Shown here in pieces: positions 58,396 through 64,000 of a DNA stretch of 64,000 bases (within the stretch, counting starts at the first letter, position 1; each line of letters starts with the position of its first letter). Below the pieces are notes generated by a model. The model was not told the DNA's origin. It searched no databases and saw only the letters and a program-made list of their open reading frames with translations. Both the position numbers and the translations under genes were made by a program. Source of the stretch: Eledone cirrhosa. Its lineage: Eukaryota. The stretch covers positions 388,988,001 through 389,052,000 of the forward strand of contig OZ024740.1 of NCBI GenBank assembly GCA_964016885.1. The letters run 5' to 3'.

Positions 58396-58975
58396 GGACA
58401 AAATGAAAACACACACGCACATAGAACAAACAACCAACCCGTAACATGTAAATAAACAAATAAATAAACGAATATAAACACACACACACACCCGGATGTG
58501 GCGCATGCGCAGACTGAGCACAAAACACACACACAGAAACAAGATAGCGTAAGACAGAACAAAGGAGAGGCACAAAAACAAAGAAAAGAATCCCCAGTCA
58601 CTGAAGAGGTCACAAAATGTGTGACGAAAGAACTTTCAAAATATATAAACAGCCATCTGATTGTGAAACCAACGAACCAACCGGAAATTTATAAATTCCT
58701 AAATTTATAAATTTATTATAATAAATTAAAGTGAAGCAACTGGTGCGTGTGTTTCTTATTGGCAACATGACACTCCCAAAGTATAACAATATATTTATAT
58801 ATTATATACATATATATATATAATATATATAATATATATAATATATATATATATTATATATATATATATATATAATATATATATATATATATTATATATA
58901 TATATATATATAATATATATATATATATCATATATATATATATATAATATATATATATATAATATATATATATAT

Positions 58976-59043
<68 letters not shown>

Positions 59044-59171
59044 AAAGTTCTATTTAAAATTGTTGGGATACAACAAGTAAATATTTTTATAACTGATATA
59101 AAGCACTCGACAAGTATTTGGAGTAGATATACGATATTAATAAATGGAAACTATATTTATAAAACCATATT

Positions 59172-59236
59172 TATTTCATTATACATATTTCAGGGATACC
59201 AAATTAAATTATGGTATGCCTTCATCAGACAAAATA
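59172..59236 (-). ncRNA. Type I hammerhead in a solo pseudo-LTR-like segment (about 59041-59835)
   Basis: TATTTTGT-CTGATGA-AGGCATACCA..TGGTATCCCT-GAAA-TATGTA-TA-ATGAAATA. Confidence 0.8.
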
Positions 59237-59831
59237 CAATATATAACAGTTTTACAAATAAGCTTTGACGTACCCTTTTAAAATGCAACCATTATTTTTG
59301 GAAGCCATCTGGATAGTGAATTGTTTATATTATTTTAATAAGTCTTAGTGTTAAGGACAATTAGAAAAAGACGGAGAGAAAGAAAAAAGACGGAGAGAGA
59401 GAAAAAAAGAAAAAGAAAAAGAAAAAAGAAAAAAACGTGGAGAAATATCGGAGAGAGAGAAATGCATGGAGAAAAAAGAGAGAGATAAATAAAGACAGGA
59501 GGAAAGAAAGAAAAAAAAAGGAAGAAATAAGAAAAACAGAGGAAAGCAACAGAGAGATATCAAGTGATCAGACAGATAGAAAGACTCAAGAGAGAGAAAT
59601 AATATATAGAGAGAGGGGGAGATAATGAAAACTTTACGTCATGTCATATTAAGTTGAGTTAACAATTTATATGAAATGAATAATAAAAATATAAATATTA
59701 ATATTCATGAATGGGACATAAATATATAATATGAGAAATTAAACATTGTTTAATAATGATTATATGTTTAGTTTAAAACTTGAGATCAATATACTAAAAT
59801 TTGAGAAACCACTATCTTACGGCAAAGATAG

Positions 59832-59901
<70 letters not shown>

Positions 59902-60611
59902 GTCCTGAAAATAGAAATTACATCCACTCGGATCTACAATATAGACATACAAAACGCAAATGATTTCTCTTAATCACTGCTATACATTCCTTGTGTTATA
60001 AAATGTTCACAGTATATATACATAAATATATACGATTAACATTCATGCCTTCATATATACGATTACCATTCATGCATTTAACATTCTGTTAAAATTATGC
60101 ATATCTGCAATCAAAACTGCGTGGGTAGGCATGCACACACATAACTCTCACCCACACACATACATATACATATATATATATATACACATACATATGTATA
60201 AATAAATATTTGCGTGCGTCTTCACCAATTGTTAGACCCGCATCGCTCATGTACACATACAGACAGATATACAATCATAAAAAAACATATAACACTTTTA
60301 TATGCATGTTAATACACACATACACATTTGTATAGAGATAATCAAATATCAATATATTACTAAAGGATTATACTTTGGAAATATAATTATAACAATATAA
60401 ATTTAAAATACCAAAGGATTATATTTTGGAAATGCAATTGTATCAGTATAGTCTAAAGGACAAACGAATTCTAGAAATATCAAAACATTAAATATCTTTA
60501 AAAACACTATAGAGTATCTTAAGTTAAAATAATATGTTTCATATATTTAGTATAGAAATTTATCCTACGTATATTTTAATCAAGATATTGAAAGGGTAGA
60601 CTTATGAAAAT

Positions 60612-61218
60612 TATGAAATTTTCCAGCATTAAACTGCATGTTGTTTTCTTCTGCTCATTTGTATATGGCATCCAGATCCTGCTGTAAAAGGGCAGCGTCA
60701 GCCGGGTTTTTGAATGCATGTGCTACCTTAGTGTCATCAGCATAGCTAGTGAGGGATGTTTTTGTATGTACTACAGAGGGCATGTCTGAGAGAGTCACCA
60801 AAAACAGTAGTGGTCCCAGGACTGTCCCCTGGCTCACCCCACTTGTTATTGGTGTTTCCTTTGAGAGGGCCCCATTTGCTGCGACTACCTGGCTTCTGTC
60901 CCTTAGGAAGCCATGCAGCCACTCACCTACTTTTCCAGTTATGCCGAGTCCGTGTAGTTTGTAACATATCATTCCGTGGTCGACCTTGTCAAAGGCCTTC
61001 GCAAAGTCAAGATATATCACGTCCACATGTGAGCTGTCTAGTAGTTGTCTCAGTACCCAGTCGTAGTGATGTAGCAGCTGTGTAAGGCAGCTTCTTCCTG
61101 TGCAGAAGCCATGTTGCGTGCTAGTCAGGCGGTCATTTTCCTCGAGGAAAGTGATCAGTTTCTTTCTGACGACTCGCTCCATGACCTTACTGATATGTGA
61201 CGTCAGAGAGACTGGCCT
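60612..61218 (-). pseudogene. CR1-clade LINE reverse transcriptase fragment
   Basis: RPVSLTS, QHGF, YLDFAKAFDKV, SGVSQGTVLGPLLF, YADDTK, LQQDL. Confidence 0.92.
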
Positions 61219-61274
61219 ATATATATATATATATATTATATATATATATATAATATATATATATATAATATATA

Positions 61275-64000
61275 GATTTTGAGTTTATGTTGGTTGTATA
61301 CCAACACCTCAGTATGCAGGCTGGAGCACTCGTCGAAGTGCGCAGGTTGGTTTGGTTACTCCGGAGTAGTGTAAAATAAAGTTAAATAAAAAGTCAAATG
61401 ATTAAAATTTAGCTTCGTTTATTAGTGCTATATATATTTCAGTGACAGCCATCTTTGGCTGTGACCTCTTCAGGCAGTTTGAATTAGTATGGTATAGACA
61501 AGTACATATGTTGTTGAGGTGTATAATATTGTCAATACTCTGATATGCCCAGTTCCTGGTTGGGTTGTTATTTCACTGAGGGACTGGAATCATATGAATT
61601 CAAACAAACGAATTTCAGTGTCAAAGGTCCTCTTCTCCTCTCATTGGTCAGTTATTAGAACATTCCTCATTCTAAGTGTTGTTATTGTTGGAGTTAGCTT
61701 AAAAAATTGATAAAATGGTAGAAGGGACAAGGTGTTCAAGGAACAAAATAACAAAAAAAGTGTCAAACTTCCCATTGGTCAGTTCTGAGAGCATTCCTCA
61801 GTCAGAAGTCTATAGAATTCTTTCTGGGGTGAGGCTCCCTGTAGTGTTTTTGTTTGCTATTGTTAAGTACATTTGACCTCTACGATTATTTTGGTAGTGT
61901 TGTTGGTGTTGTGGTCAGCTTATATCTTGCTGCTGCTAACAATTTAGAAGTATCCAGTGTGTGTTTTTTCTTCATCCCTCCTGCCACCATCTCTCATAGT
62001 GGTGGGGGGGGGGGTCTTCCATGTATATGAAGAAATATAATGCAATAAATGAAGAAAACAGAAAATAAATAAATAATATAATAAAATAATTAATATAATT
62101 TGTATAATTTGAAAATAAATAAATAAATAGAGAATAAAGAATAAAGAATAAAGAATAAAGAATAAATGAAATATTGGTGAAAAGGTAATGAAAATGAATA
62201 TGGAGAAGTGAAAAATAATGTAGGATAAAGTGTGTGTGTGCTATAAACAATCTCAAGGTCAGAAATATGTTGGATAGATTGGTATGAGGACAAGATGTTA
62301 AGATAAGATAATCAAACTAAATGAGTTTGTGTTATAATCAATCTCAACTTAAAAATAAATATAAGGTGATTCAGTGAAGAGGGCAGAAAACAAATAACAA
62401 ATTAATAAAGAGAAATCAAGATTTAAAATTGGAACTTGAAAATCAGAAATCTAGTAAATTAAAAAGTGTTTGTGTTATGTAGATGTTGGCCAAATTATAA
62501 TGGCTGTGTCCGATTCTATCTCTAGGCTATCATGGTGTCTGCTCAGCCTGGGTTGTTCCCTATGGCTTGAGGGGAGTTCACAACCTAGGGTGTTGTTACT
62601 GCCCATATAGCTTGAGGGAGGTCTGGCTGAGAGGTGTTTTCATGTTCTGTAGAAGTCCCTATAGCTTGAGGGCAGTTCACATCTTCTTGTGTTGCTACTG
62701 TCCATATATCTTGAGAAAGGTCCCGGCTCTAAGGTGTCTGCATGTCCCGAAGAAGTCGGTTCTGAGGTTTATCAGGCTGCTTCCACCTCTTAGTATCTCG
62801 AGGGTCTCGTTCAGGCATAGTTTGCATATGCAAGATCCCCCTTTATCGGGTGGTACTTTCCTGATTATGTACCAGGCCAGAGAGTATGGGGTCCTGTCCA
62901 GCTTAAGCTTCCAGATCAGGTCGGAGAGAGCTGTGCTTTTCCTTTTGGCTTCCTTCTTGAATGAATGGCGATGGTTGTACCAGCGGTCTTTAAAGCTCGT
63001 TGATGTGGCTCCTATGTAGAGGTGTTCGGAGTTGGGGGTTTTAACCCTACAACCGTATACTAGGTTCTTCTTGAGGCATTCATTACCAAGGGGGCATGAT
63101 TCGGGGTTTCTGCAGTTGCAGAGGGTGGTCGGCCTCTGCGTGCCTAGATTAGGGTTCCCGTTATGTGTTACATGTTGGTCTTCCCCCGGGATCGGTGGGG
63201 GGTCCTCGGGTCGGTTTGGGTTTCTTGGGTGGGCTCTGGGTCCCCCCTTCCCTCCTTTCACATGGTTCTGTTGAGTGTTTGTATTGCCATCTTCTGGTTG
63301 TGTGTGGTTTTAAGCCTACTTCTGTTGATGCTAGCTATGTGTTGGGCCAAATTTCTCGTGGTGGAATACGAGAGCTTCACAGTGTGTCTGTTGAAGATCC
63401 TGTGGTGTCTGTGGTCCCTCGGGAAGCATTTGTCAAGTGCTCCAAAGAATAATTGGGCCAAGCTTTTCTTTAGGGCCGCTGAGTAGGGTGGGTTGTACCA
63501 CGTGATTTTTCGGTGTCTCCTCCTATATGTGTGGGTCGGGGGCGTCGTGATTTGTTGGAGATCTGTTGGGTTGCTGGTGGTTTCCGCACTCTTGCTTCCC
63601 TTTTGGGCTCTATGCTTTCTGTTATCTTCGCGGCCCAAATTTGTGGGGTGGTCGTTGTCCGCCCCGGGAGATCCATCGTGGGTTGGTCGCCCCCCTACGT
63701 GTCCTGCGGTTGGGGTCGTCTGTCCTAGGGTGGTTAGCGTCACGCCTGAGACTGCTACTCATATTGTGCTCCATCTCGTGGTCAAGCGCACTAGTCTCCA
63801 CCGCCCGTGTGGTGGTGTCGGGCACATGGTGCCTATTTGATTCTGCTCTGCCTGTATTGTTAGGGTTCGCCCTCCCCCTCCCCCCGGGCAACGCGGTTGT
63901 GGGTGTCTGTTGGGCTATCCCCATCCCGGCTTTTCGGACTATATGTTATATTTTGGCCATGTGCCGCCTTCTTTAGAGCTGCGTTGTAATATTCCGCGTG
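61275..64000 (-). mobile_element. Naiad-type PLE (GC-rich subfamily) running off the window, with long 3' UTR and HHR at 61426-61476
   Basis: KITWYNPPYS..FP..H..HRIFNRHTVKLSYS (63258-63743), frameshift, CNCRNPESCPL..C..YIGAT..FKDRW..H..CKLC..CRH (62695-63261); CTGAAGA-gGTCACAGCCA/TGGCTGTCACt-GAAA-TATATA-TA. Confidence 0.9.

Noticed and set aside
60655-60657. In-frame TGA in the CR1 RT as recoding
   Set aside because: Falls at a usual Trp position (TGG to TGA), ordinary pseudogene decay
63258-63261. TGA as possible selenocysteine read-through, since some Naiad PLEs encode selenoproteins
   Set aside because: The downstream ORF is in a different frame, the TGA is not at a conserved Cys, and all zinc-ligand positions are ordinary Cys codons

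Overview
Eukaryotic, very AT-rich and microsatellite-saturated DNA with no host gene I can recognise. The tRNA-derived SINE, R4/Dong-type LINE ends and (TA)n/(TG)n density suggest an octopus or other cephalopod genome (inference). The window is almost entirely mobile DNA. It holds many Penelope-like element (PLE) fragments of three distinct GIY-YIG types, mostly sitting in (TA)n tracts and many folded back into inverted repeats. It also holds R4/Dong-, RTE-, CR1- and CRE-like LINE pieces, a hAT (Charlie/Buster-type) transposon nested in a Tigger-like MITE, a Tc1/mariner relic, and a ~3.75-kb tandem array carrying a rearranged non-autonomous Helitron. The main hidden layer is RNA. By eye I find about 20 hammerhead ribozyme (HHR) motifs, including minimal palindromic-stem-III forms, U3-A8 core variants and forms with 75-115-nt stem II expansions. 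Best candidate for an undescribed system: a 466-bp tandem retrozyme-like array (15329-17020) with one HHR per monomer plus octamer/TATA-like motifs, alongside a family of ~190-bp hairpin-headed half-hammerhead elements. Most listed ORFs are microsatellite artefacts. All structure calls were made by eye, without folding or database searches.
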